39,295 nt of DNA, taken from contig CAZJQE010000002.1 in NCBI GenBank assembly GCA_964548505.1, positions 1 through 39,295 of the forward strand, in the 5' to 3' direction. This DNA is from an uncultured Candidatus Saccharibacteria bacterium (GTDB lineage Bacteria; Patescibacteriota; Minisyncoccia; Phycocordibacterales; UBA9973). How positions within the stretch are numbered: position 1 is the stretch's first letter; the number at the start of each line of letters is the position of its first letter. The notes beneath the pieces were generated by a model. The model was not told where the DNA came from. It ran no database searches and saw only the letters and a list, made by a program, of their open reading frames with translations. Both the position numbers and the translations under genes were made by a program. Shown one piece after another: positions 1 through 9,300 of this stretch.

Positions 1-368
1 ATTTAATTGTTAATATTTTGTAGCGAGCGACTACTCGTACTAAAAAGCTTGTATCGATCCCAAACTTCTTACATATATAGTTTTGATGTTTGGGTTCTTA
101 CATTTGATATGTAGGTATGGGGTGTAGTCCTGAATTAGGATCTATAGGTTGGTTGGTTCCATGGTTAAGGAACCAAACTGGTCGCACGAGTCAAAAACTC
201 AAAAAGACATAATGTATCACCTTGATGGTGTTAGTACTTGTAATCAATTTCAAGGTGTTATTTTTAAAGGGTTATTTAGAATCGTGTTTTGTATAAAGGC
301 ACTTAAGGGGTGGTCTAGTAATGAATCGGATCTATAAAACTGAGGGACCAAAAAAAATTTCAAAAATT

Positions 369-396
369 TTGTAGACTTTCTGGTAAATGGTATAAT
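369..396 (+). promoter_or_regulatory. Sigma70-like promoter with extended -10
   Basis: TTGTAG (369-374), 16-nt spacer, then TGg-TATAAT (TG 388-389, TATAAT 391-396). The predicted start near 403 feeds the structured region 440-575. Confidence 0.45.
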
Positions 397-439
397 TGCA
401 AAGTGTTCAAAATTAAATATGAAGTAGCCTAAACCAGTA

Positions 440-575
440 AGTAATTATCGGCATGGTGAATAAGTCTCGCTAAAGCATAAAAACCCTGTAATTAGGATTT
501 GCTTTAGCGAGCCGTATCTGGAAACGGATACGAGAGGTCGAAAGACCACTAACCTAGTTACAGGATTTTTGTTTG
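440..575 (+). ncRNA. Candidate structured RNA: a long 5' leader or sRNA with pseudoknot topology and two GAAA-tetraloop hairpins
   Basis: Helix A pairs 466-477 with 500-511 (12 bp, perfect). Helix B pairs 485-496 with 553-564 (12 bp, one G.U), and its 5' strand lies in the loop of helix A. Hairpin 513-532 has 8 bp and a GAAA loop. Hairpin 536-547 has 4 bp and a GAAA loop. A U-run lies at 566-570. The G.U pairs exist only on the + strand. Confidence 0.4.
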
Positions 576-616
576 CCTGCTTCTGGGATTTATCAATTAA
601 AAATAAAGAAAATCCC

Positions 617-1450
617 ATGAGAAAATATCTTACAGTTTTACTTTTAACGATATCTATAATTCCATCAATTGCTTCTGCGTCATGGTGGAATCCAATTTCA
701 TGGTTCAAAACACAAACTGTTCCATCTCCAGTAGTTCAAGCTACTGTTCCAATTTCAAATCAAACACTTCCTAAAAATACAGGATGTTATTCAGACAAGG
801 GTTTCAACTCAATAACTGGTATGCCATGTGGATCTACTACTATTTCTACAGCTACTACAAAACCCTCAAAAGAAAAGCAAAATATTAAACCTACAATAAA
901 GCAAAACACTACAACTACTTCTCCATCAGTTGTAGCTATTGATTCATTCTTAGCTAATCCAACAGTAGATAATTTGAAGACATTTTGTACTACAGCTAAA
1001 ACATTGCCTGGCATGGGAGAGAAGAAAGTTTTTAATGACACTAGAACAGATTATGTAACGAAGAAAAATACTCTATATGATGAATCTGAAGTTTGTGCTC
1101 TTGCTCTTGGTGAATATAAGACGCCTGCTGGTCTTTTAGTTAATGTTTCTTGGACTGTTTATAATCCGTCAGATATTTTTGATTTTAATAATGCTAGTGA
1201 ATCAGACAAAGTGAGAGCACTTAAAATAACTTATAACAATTACTGGAAAAGCTTGGCTACATATAAATTGATAGGATATAAATATTCTTCAGGTAGTGAG
1301 ATAATAACGCCCAAACAAGATCTACAAAATATAATCAATTCTAATAATATATTCGGGTTTGTTATTTATGAGAATAGATCAATTAGCCAAATGTTTGTTG
1401 TACCTGAACAAATATTATCAGAAGTTCGATTGAAGTTTTTAAATAATTAA
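617..1450 (+). CDS. Secreted hypothetical protein (signal peptide MRKYLTVLLLTISIIPSIASA)
   Basis: Long ORF. The internal ATG at 617 gives a classic signal peptide with an ASA cleavage motif. A Thr/Ser-rich linker follows. I recognise no family. Confidence 0.6.
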   Translation: MRKYLTVLLLTISIIPSIASASWWNPISWFKTQTVPSPVVQATVPISNQTLPKNTGCYSDKGFNSITGMPCGSTTISTATTKPSKEKQNIKPTIKQNTTTTSPSVVAIDSFLANPTVDNLKTFCTTAKTLPGMGEKKVFNDTRTDYVTKKNTLYDESEVCALALGEYKTPAGLLVNVSWTVYNPSDIFDFNNASESDKVRALKITYNNYWKSLATYKLIGYKYSSGSEIITPKQDLQNIINSNNIFGFVIYENRSISQMFVVPEQILSEVRLKFLNN

Positions 1451-1455
1451 AAGTT

Positions 1456-1962
1456 ATGGATATCAATTCAATTATCATTACTGGAACAATTAAAGAAATT
1501 ACAGAAATAAAAACATTAAAGAATGGACAGAAATGTTGTTGGCTTAATGTCTTTACTTATGTTTCTTTTAAAAACAAAGATGGAAGTATCGGACACAACA
1601 AAGCAAACCATCGTGTCATCGTTTATGGTAAATACGCAGACGTGATTAAAGAAAAGGCTAATGTTGAACAAAAGATATCTATCAAAGGAAGACTTAAAAC
1701 TAATGAATGGGAATATAAAGGAATAGCTTTTGAAAGAACCTTTATCGTTCTAGAAAGTTTTAAGCTTTATAAGGTTAAAGAACCAGAAAACTACGAACAA
1801 CAAGAGAATGAAGATTGTGAACCCGATGTTGAAGAAGAGCTGAAATTTAATGATGATCCAGATAGTGGCTTTATAGACGAGTACGATGATTATTCAGATA
1901 ATTTTGATATAATGGAATATCTAGATGAAATGGAGTGGCCTTATGAAAATAGCGAAACTTAA
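1456..1962 (+). CDS. Single-stranded DNA-binding protein-like (OB fold plus acidic tail)
   Basis: The N-terminal ~105 aa show an OB-fold-like pattern (ITGTIKEI...HRVIVYGKYAD...ISIKGRLKTNEW). The C-terminal third is strongly acidic (DDPDSGFIDEYDDYSDNFD), as in SSB tails. Confidence 0.55.
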   Translation: MDINSIIITGTIKEITEIKTLKNGQKCCWLNVFTYVSFKNKDGSIGHNKANHRVIVYGKYADVIKEKANVEQKISIKGRLKTNEWEYKGIAFERTFIVLESFKLYKVKEPENYEQQENEDCEPDVEEELKFNDDPDSGFIDEYDDYSDNFDIMEYLDEMEWPYENSET

Positions 1963-1978
1963 AGTACTAAAATATAAC

Positions 1979-2893
1979 ATGAGAAAATTCTTCAATAAAA
2001 TAAATGACAAGTGGCTAAGCTTCAGAAAGTGGAGTGATGGTAATATTTTCGGCTATTTAATCGGCAGTATTGTTAAACTTGTTTTAATTATCGCGATATT
2101 CATTTTAATTTTCTACTCTTTGTTTATAATAGGGCCATTTAAAGATAAAACATCATCAGATTCTTCTGTGGGTGATTCTTCTGCACAAGATCCTAATTGT
2201 AATGTTACAGGAATAAATTTACATGGAGAATTAGTAACTTATATTCCAAACCACGCAGACAGTGATACGACTTTTAATTATGACACTACCGCAAGTGAAG
2301 ATATTGTAGGAGCTATAAAGAGTGCCAATGATAATCCAAATATAAAAGCGATAGTAATAGAGGTTGATAGTGGTGGGGGCTCTCCAACTGGTGGAAGTGA
2401 AATAGCAGAAGCTGTAAAAGATAGCCAGAAACCAGTAGTAGCTTTTATCAGAGAGATGGGAGCTTCTGCTTCGTATTGGGCTATAAGCAGTGCTAGTCAA
2501 ATATTTGCAAATGTAAATTCAAATGTTGGTTCAATTGGGGTTACAAGCTCATACCTTAGCAACGTAAAAAAGAATCAAAAGGAGGGTTATACCTATGAGC
2601 AAGTAAGTGTTGGAAAATACAAAGATTCTGGCTCTCCTGATAAACCCTTAACGCAGGAAGAGAAAGACTTAATCATGAGAGATGATCTAATCGTATATCA
2701 AAATTTTATTCAAGACGTGGCTAACTATAGGAATATACCAATAAAGAAAGTGCGTCAGTATGGAGATGGATCCACAGTTTTAGGCCAAAAAGCCAAGGAA
2801 TTAGGCTTGATAGATTCTATTGGAGGATTATCAGAAGTTGAACAATATCTTGAGAAGACAACAAACGAGAAGCCTGACATTTGCTGGCAGTAA
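1979..2893 (+). CDS. Signal peptide peptidase SppA-like (S49 family), N-terminal TM
   Basis: Motifs IKAIVIEVDSGGGS, MGASASYWAISSA and VGKYKDSGSPDKPLTQEEK are typical of S49 peptidases. The start was chosen at ATG 1979. Alternatives are 1943 and 1925. Confidence 0.7.
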   Translation: MRKFFNKINDKWLSFRKWSDGNIFGYLIGSIVKLVLIIAIFILIFYSLFIIGPFKDKTSSDSSVGDSSAQDPNCNVTGINLHGELVTYIPNHADSDTTFNYDTTASEDIVGAIKSANDNPNIKAIVIEVDSGGGSPTGGSEIAEAVKDSQKPVVAFIREMGASASYWAISSASQIFANVNSNVGSIGVTSSYLSNVKKNQKEGYTYEQVSVGKYKDSGSPDKPLTQEEKDLIMRDDLIVYQNFIQDVANYRNIPIKKVRQYGDGSTVLGQKAKELGLIDSIGGLSEVEQYLEKTTNEKPDICWQ

Positions 2894-3647
2894 ACCCCAT
2901 ATAATACATATAGCAGGATAGATATCTGAATAGGGTTTTGTAATGTTTTATTTATAAGTAAGAATATCGGAATAATCCATAATCAGATTAGAAGAGGTCT
3001 CTATGTTTTATTTCAAACATAAAAGTTGTACGCACTTTGAGTTGCATTTTCGCAAATAATATGATGAAATTTAGTAAGAAGTTCGATTGTTAGGATAAGA
3101 CAAAAGAACTTCCAAAAAATATAAACATCACTATTTAAGCCTCAATATAAAAACCATTAAAATGGATAATTTAAAGGAATATATAATATAACAAACTAAT
3201 ATAACAGGGTTAATCTAGTTATAAAGGCAGGAATAACGATAGCTTATAGAGCAGAACTTTAAGGTTCATGCTTCTGTTTTCGTTTCTCTATAAAATAATC
3301 CGTGTCGATGGACCTATTTTAGAGGTACGTTCTTATAAGATTAATAAAACATACACATGATAAAAAAAATCAAAAAATGTACAAGAAAACATCTCAAGAA
3401 ACCAGTAATTAGTATGGAATATGAGATGGAAGAAGTTAGATCAAATAGAGCTGTCTTCCGAAAGTATCCAGAACTTCATGACGACAAATGGCCTAGAGAT
3501 TGGAATTAAAAGATGCCTTTCTAGGTTTTTATAAATAGGCAAATGATACATTAGTCCTTTTGGGTTTATGTGTAGCTTATAGCAACGCCTAGTGGCTGGA
3601 GTGAGGTTATAAAAGCGATTAATAACAATAATAAATATTAAAATGAT

Positions 3648-4667
3648 ATGAATAATAAAAACACAGAGATTAGATCACCCTACAATAGAACACAAAGAGA
3701 ACATTTCTTTATGGTCGATAATGACTATATAAAATATTACGCAAAACATTTAGGCAGAACAGCTACGGTTGTATATATGAGCCTTTTAATGCATGCAGAT
3801 TACGACACAAAGCGTTGTTTCCCATCGATGCAATTAATAGCAGAACAGCACGGTATTGATAGACATACGGTAGGAAAAGCAATAAGTAAGTTAGAGAAAT
3901 GGAATATGATTCGCATTGTACGCTTGTTTGATAGAAAACTAGTAAAAAGAAAGAATTACACATATACCTTAGTACCAATAGAACTTTGGAAGAAATTACC
4001 AGTTGAAGATACTGAAACTCTTGAGAATGAAAATGATGGTACCAAAGATGCCATGGATGACGATGATGATTTGCCGTTTATAGTTGGTGGGTATAATGAT
4101 CGTCATAAAAGTCATGGTAATAAAGATGCCACACATATGGTATCTAAAATGCCATATAGTGGCACCAAAGATGCCAATAACAATACTAACTTAATAATAC
4201 CCAAGGAAGAGAACTCATTCTGTGGGGAACCCACAGAACTATCTCTTTCTATTAAGAAGTTACAGCTTTTGAGAGAAGGTAAAAGTAAAAAATCTATACT
4301 GGGTATTTCTAAGTCAGCTGTTTGGAATTCCAATCAAGCGATTTTGTCTTTAGTAAAAAACTCGTGTAAGGACTATCAAATAATTGGAGAGTATTTCTCT
4401 ACAAAGGAATTATCATTCAATAATAAGTCAGCTTTTAACACAGCAATCAAGCGCTCATTAAAGGCTGCAAAATCTTTGATAGGATATAAGATTAATGATA
4501 TTAGAAAGACAATGCAGTGGTTAAATGAATATGATTTTGATTATAGTGAGCCAGATATTAGTTGGAGTCTTGAAGCTGTTAATAGACACATTGATGATTG
4601 TGTCGCAACAGATTTTATTTCAGAAAGTAAAGAGCGAATAGGGCAATTAAACATAATTAATGCGTAA
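3648..4667 (+). CDS. HTH replication-initiator / replisome-organizer-like protein
   Basis: The N-terminus FPSMQLIAEQHGIDRHTVGKAISKLEKWNMI looks like a winged-helix/HTH of the plasmid or phage replication-protein type. The central part is acidic low-complexity. It lies between an AT-rich gap and the integrase. Confidence 0.4.
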   Translation: MNNKNTEIRSPYNRTQREHFFMVDNDYIKYYAKHLGRTATVVYMSLLMHADYDTKRCFPSMQLIAEQHGIDRHTVGKAISKLEKWNMIRIVRLFDRKLVKRKNYTYTLVPIELWKKLPVEDTETLENENDGTKDAMDDDDDLPFIVGGYNDRHKSHGNKDATHMVSKMPYSGTKDANNNTNLIIPKEENSFCGEPTELSLSIKKLQLLREGKSKKSILGISKSAVWNSNQAILSLVKNSCKDYQIIGEYFSTKELSFNNKSAFNTAIKRSLKAAKSLIGYKINDIRKTMQWLNEYDFDYSEPDISWSLEAVNRHIDDCVATDFISESKERIGQLNIINA

Positions 4668-4674
4668 ATTATAA

Positions 4675-5595
4675 CTACATATTATTAAGTGGATGCTTCA
4701 TTATCTCACTTCTTAGGTGTTCTACACTAGCATATAAATATATGGTGGTCGTTTTTATGTTGGTGTGTCCCATGATTTTGGATAAGGAGTAAATATCAAT
4801 TCCACCCTCTAATAAAAGTGTAGCGAATGTATGACGAAGAGTGTGACAAGAATATTTAATACCAGTAATAAACCTAATTCTTTTTATCAATCTGATCAAT
4901 CCACTTTCTGATAATCCCATATCAAGGTTTGCAGAGACAAAAAAGCTAGGGCAAGTTTTCTTTAATTTCTTCCTTTCATCTAAATATTTCTTTAAATTCT
5001 GAGCTAGTGTAAAACTCATAGGCACAACTCTATCTTTTGATCCCTTTCCTTGTTTTATAAATATAGATAAATTCTCTATATCAACGTCCATAAATTTTAA
5101 ATTTAGCAATTCCTGTTTTCTTAATCCTGCAAACATAAACATTGAATATATAGCATAATTACGATGTCGCAAGAAACTAGAATCCCATGGATAATTAGAA
5201 ACAACTTCGAGAATTTTCATGGCCTCTTGTTTGGTAAGTTTTACTGGTAGTCTCTTTTCAAGCTTAGGAACTTCTATATCGTCCATTGGATTTACTTCCA
5301 TATATCCATTCTTGATACACCAACGAAAGAATACTCTCAATGATTTATGATAATGAAGAAAAGTATTTGCTGTCCATTTTCTTTCTATTCTTCCGTAGTA
5401 AAATAACGCTCTTAAATTATCTGGCGTAACTTCTTCAATATTAGTTATCTTCGCGAACCTATAATAGTAACTTATAGATTGTCTATACCTTCTTGTTGTC
5501 TTACTTGCAAAACCTTTTATGAAAGTAGAATATTCACAAAATTTCTTTGACAAAATTTGCATGTCCATAGTGTTTTTGGATCTCATGCGGTACAC
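4675..5595 (-). CDS. Tyrosine recombinase / phage-type integrase
   Basis: The C-terminal catalytic signature is present: GLRKQELLNL (Arg), SCHTLRHTFAT (H-x-x-R), MGHTNIKTTTIYLY (His and the Tyr nucleophile). The track start is GTG; an ATG lies 9 nt downstream. Confidence 0.85.
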   Translation of the reverse strand: MYRMRSKNTMDMQILSKKFCEYSTFIKGFASKTTRRYRQSISYYYRFAKITNIEEVTPDNLRALFYYGRIERKWTANTFLHYHKSLRVFFRWCIKNGYMEVNPMDDIEVPKLEKRLPVKLTKQEAMKILEVVSNYPWDSSFLRHRNYAIYSMFMFAGLRKQELLNLKFMDVDIENLSIFIKQGKGSKDRVVPMSFTLAQNLKKYLDERKKLKKTCPSFFVSANLDMGLSESGLIRLIKRIRFITGIKYSCHTLRHTFATLLLEGGIDIYSLSKIMGHTNIKTTTIYLYASVEHLRSEIMKHPLNNM

Positions 5596-5709
5596 ATTTT
5601 CTTGATTTTTAGAGCATTAGATAGGCCTACCCCTTACAGGGGGAGCACTTCAAGTAACATTTTTAGTAGAAATACCGTTATATAGCAACGTATAACTCGT
5701 TTGGATTTA

Positions 5710-5757
5710 GACCTACCCCACGTCAAGGGGTCGCTCTACCAACTGAGCTAACCGCGC
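5710..5757 (-). pseudogene. tRNA-Val(GAC) 5' fragment; T arm and 3' acceptor strand missing
   Basis: The reverse complement reads GCGCGGT TA GCTC AGTTGGTA GAGC G ACCCC TTGACGT GGGGT AGGTC. The sequence then diverges (TAAATCCAAACGAG...). No TTCGA loop and no ACCGCGC strand follow. Confidence 0.55.
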
Positions 5758-5760
5758 TTT

Positions 5761-6195
5761 TTATTTCCTTTTCTTTTTAAGAAAAAATTTCCAGACTACA
5801 AATAAAACTATAATTACTCCAAGACCAATCCCAATATAAGGCAAGGCTTCAGAACTGACGAGTGAGGGATGTAATTTTTTTTCTATCATTCTTACATATG
5901 TAGGATTTACTACTAATCTTGTCGCACCATCTTTTGTCACATAATATGGCACCGTGACAGTCTTTGAGCCATACGTTGCAGTAACATCATACTTTGTTGC
6001 ATTACCAAGTTTAAATTGTACTTCCCCCGCACTATTTGTAACATTCGACAAATCTCCTGGCATGACAGAAACTTTTGCACCTTCCGTAGGAATATTTTTA
6101 TCATCAAGCACAACTACCGTTAATGTTTTTGGTTGATCTGTTTTTACTACCGCCACAGGTGCTGGAGCCTCTTTTACATTTATACTTTTTGCCAT
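5761..6195 (-). CDS. Small surface protein: Ig/CarboxypepD_reg-like beta domain with C-terminal TM and a basic tail
   Basis: TLTVVVLDDKNIPTEGAKVSV...NSAGEVQF...YDVTATYGSKTVTV has a beta-sandwich pattern. The C-terminus is PYIGIGLGVIIVLFVVWKFFLKKKRK. This anchor style matches the giant gene just upstream. Confidence 0.6.
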   Translation of the reverse strand: MAKSINVKEAPAPVAVVKTDQPKTLTVVVLDDKNIPTEGAKVSVMPGDLSNVTNSAGEVQFKLGNATKYDVTATYGSKTVTVPYYVTKDGATRLVVNPTYVRMIEKKLHPSLVSSEALPYIGIGLGVIIVLFVVWKFFLKKKRK

Positions 6196-6205
6196 ATATT
6201 TATAT

Positions 6206-6273
6206 CCAGTAGTGAATTTTGGTTAATTATTTTTAATTCGCGACATTGTTGCATAACCAAAATCTACTACAGG
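6206..6273 (-). repeat. Asymmetric inverted-repeat module, copy 1
   Basis: On the + strand, CCAGTAGTGAATTTTGG (6206-6222) and CCAAAATCTACTACAGG (6257-6273) are separated by 34 nt. On the - strand the module is preceded by TATAATATAAT (6274-6284). Confidence 0.7.
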
Positions 6274-6307
6274 ATTATATTATACACCTTATAATAAATT
6301 TGTTAAT

Positions 6308-9300
6308 TTAAATTTTTCTTTTAATTTTTGGTTTTTCATTTTTTTCTTTAAGTAGTTCTTCGAAGGTATCAGGGATTCCGGTTTCATATAAATTAAATTT
6401 TCGACGTCTTTTAATAAAAATTATTATTCCACCACCCAAAATAGCAAGAGCCCCTAATATGGCAATGACCTGTAATATTATTTTTTTGATTAATGGATCA
6501 ATTTTCATTTCTGGGAAAATTGGCACTTTTGGATTTTCAATTGGTGTAACTTGTGCTTCATTTTTTTTAATTATCGTAGGTGGAATTATTTCTGGTGTTT
6601 GAGTTTCTCCCAGAGAGGTTGGTGGTGTTTTAGTAGGTCCCTCAATATTTTTTGTAGGTGTTTTGGTAATTTTTGTTTTATTTGAATTTGCTTGCGGTGA
6701 GCTTGTCGAACCCGTCGAATGAGTCGCATCTTTTACCACTTCTTTTGTTGGCGCTTCTATTGGAACTATTTGAGTCGGTGGTATTTCTGTTGTGGCAGGA
6801 GGTTGGACAGGAGGAATATATCCGCCGCCGCCTCGTCTTCCCGTTCCAGTTTCAATTTGAGTGTTTGCTGGTAGAGTTGCATTTATACTATTTATTAAAC
6901 TCTGCCCAACTAGATTCACAGCCGAAACTCTAAAATCATAAGTTAAATTATTTGTAAGCCCTGTAACAATAGCACTAGTTGTCGTTGATATTCCATCGGC
7001 AAAAACAAGCCATGTTGCATCAGTAATGAGTTTATATTCTACAACATAATCAGTTATCGGTGTGCCTCCATCGTTTATTGGAGCAGTCCATTCTAAAGTT
7101 ACTTGGTTGCTCCCAGCAGTTGCTGAGATAATCGTTGGTGAATCAGGCACGGTTACTGGAATAATACTATTTGATGGTGTTGATGATGGACTTGTGCCCA
7201 TAATATTTGTCGCTGTAACTGTGAAAAAATAAGATACTCCATTTGTAAGCCCGGTCACAATTATTGGTGAACTAATTCCAGTCGCGGTAATGCCTCCAGT
7301 ATTTGAACTCACTGTGTATCCTGTAATAACGCTTCCCCCATCAAAAGTTGGCAAGGTAAAAGAAATGGATGCTTGAGCATTGCCTGCCGTAGCGACTGGT
7401 AAAGTTGGTGCTTCTGGAAATGTTGCAAGTGCAGTAAAAGACTGATCTGCCCTTGATGAACTTGATCCATAAAAAACTTTGATATGAAAATAGTAATTAC
7501 CCGGTGAAAGAACCGTCGAATTTAAAGTGGTTTCCCAATTTTCATGTGAAGCTAAAAGTTTTGCTGCGGTAGAACTAAAAATATCATCTCCCCCACCACA
7601 AAGATTTGTATCAGAATCTGTCACACACCAGGTATATTGATATTCGTAAGAAATAGTTCCTTCATTTGTAATTTTTATATTTGTTCCAATACTTGAAACT
7701 GTCGTATCAGAAAAACCTTGGATAAATACTTGAGCAGGCTCTCCTGGACTTGCAGAAACTATAGCACTTGGGACACTTTGTCCAATTATATTTACCGCTT
7801 TCACTCGAAAATCATACGAAGTTCCATTTGATAATCCTACAACTGTCGCTGTCGTACTCGTATTTATTCCATCAGCAAAAACAGCCCAAGTACCACCCGT
7901 TGTAAGCTGATATTCAATAACATAATCCGTAATTGCACTTCCTCCATCAGAAATTGGCGCTGACCAAGAAAGTCCAATACTACTACCAAGAACACTAGAG
8001 GCAAGATTTATTGGTTGACCAGGCTCAGTAGAAAGAGTCACGGAATTTGACGAAGATGAAGGCAAGCTAGGTCCTACTATATTTGTCGCAACCACTGTGA
8101 AAGTATATGACAAACCATTTGTAAGTCCTGTTACCACAATCGGTGAGCCACTACTTGTGCCTGTAAAACTTCCTGGACTTGAAGTTGCCGTATAACTCGT
8201 TATTGGAGTTCCTCCATCAAAAGCTGGTGAAATAAATGAAATTGTCGCTTGAGAGTTTCCTGGAACTGCTGTCACTCCTGTCGGTGCATTAGGAATTGTC
8301 ACTGGGGTCACGGGAAGAGAGGGGTCTGATGCAATACTTGGACCCACTGCATTTGTGGCAATCACTGTAAAAGTATATTGAACTCCATTGGTAAGTCCAG
8401 TCACAAGTATTGGCGAAGCATTACCAGTATTTGAAATATTCCCCGGACTTGAAGTGACTGTATAACTATTGATCGTACTACCTCCATCAAAAAGTGGTGC
8501 TATAAATGATACAGTTGCTTGCGCATTTCCTGGAATGGCAGATACAGCCGTTGGTGGATCAGGCACAGTCACAGGCATCGCGCTCGCTGTTGCGCTCGCA
8601 CTTCCAGGGCCCACATCATTTACTGCTTTAATTCTAAAATTATAAGATAGACCATTTGTAAGTCCAGTAACAATTCTACTTAAATCCGGTGAAATTGGCT
8701 CTCCAAAAACTAACCAAGTTTCACTTGAAGAAAGTTTATATTCAATTACATAATCTATAACATCGGACCCTCCGTTATTTACTGGCGCTGTCCATGATAA
8801 TGAAACTTGTGCATTCCCTGCTGTCGCTATCGGTAAAGTCGGCGCATCGGGAACGGTTGCAGGTGTCACAGAGTTTGATGGTACTGATGCAAGGCCAGTG
8901 CCAGCCAAATTTGTCGCAGTAACTGTAAAAGTATATGGTGTGCCATTGGTTAGTCCAGAAACGATAACTGGCGACGCACTTCCAACTCCAGTGAAACTTC
9001 CAGGATTTGAAGTAGCAGTGTAACTAGTAATCGGAGAACCTCCATTATCAGGATTTGGTGAAGAAATATTTTCTTCACTTGCTACAGTATAAAAAGTTGA
9101 AGGAGAATTTTGATTGTAATATTCTGTTTTTATCCAATCTTGAGATCGAGCAGTATTTGAAACACGAACTTCATCGATAATACCCTTAGTGCTCCAATTT
9201 GTTCCAGAAGAACCTATCCAATCACCTAAAGTAAAATTTTTAGTTCCTGTTGGCCAAGTCATTCCGGCACCATTTGCACTACCAACTTCATTTCCATTTA

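Larger units (their letters stand above)
1..5709. mobile_element. Putative integrated element (left end cut by the window), site-specific integrase type
   Basis: A tyrosine integrase at the right edge lies directly next to a truncated tRNA-Val. The region also has an HTH replication-initiator-like gene, an SSB-like gene, an S49 peptidase and a 750-bp AT-rich non-coding gap. No left att site is visible in the window. Confidence 0.45.

Noticed and set aside
149-337. A 62-aa ORF on the + strand with a non-ATG start.
   Set aside because: It has no -10 or Shine-Dalgarno context and an unremarkable translation. The region may instead be non-coding element DNA with short repeats (GGATCTATA twice, TTCTTACAT twice).
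511-547. Resemblance of GAGCCGTAT...GAAA... to group II intron domain V, or of the GAAA hairpins to a hammerhead core.
   Set aside because: The helix is only 8 bp, without the 2-nt bulge and the basal AGC pairing of domain V. No CUGAUGA box or other intron domains are present, and no RT/maturase ORF is nearby.
445-708. An 87-aa ORF on the - strand.
   Set aside because: It overlaps the structured RNA region and the 5' end of ORF 617. Its translation has no features. The G.U pairs indicate that the + strand is the functional strand here.
6206-6273. Interpreting the three IR modules as MITE copies.
   Set aside because: Only the arms are conserved. The internal sequences differ completely in length and content, and no obvious target-site duplications flank them. 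I keep this only as a minor alternative.
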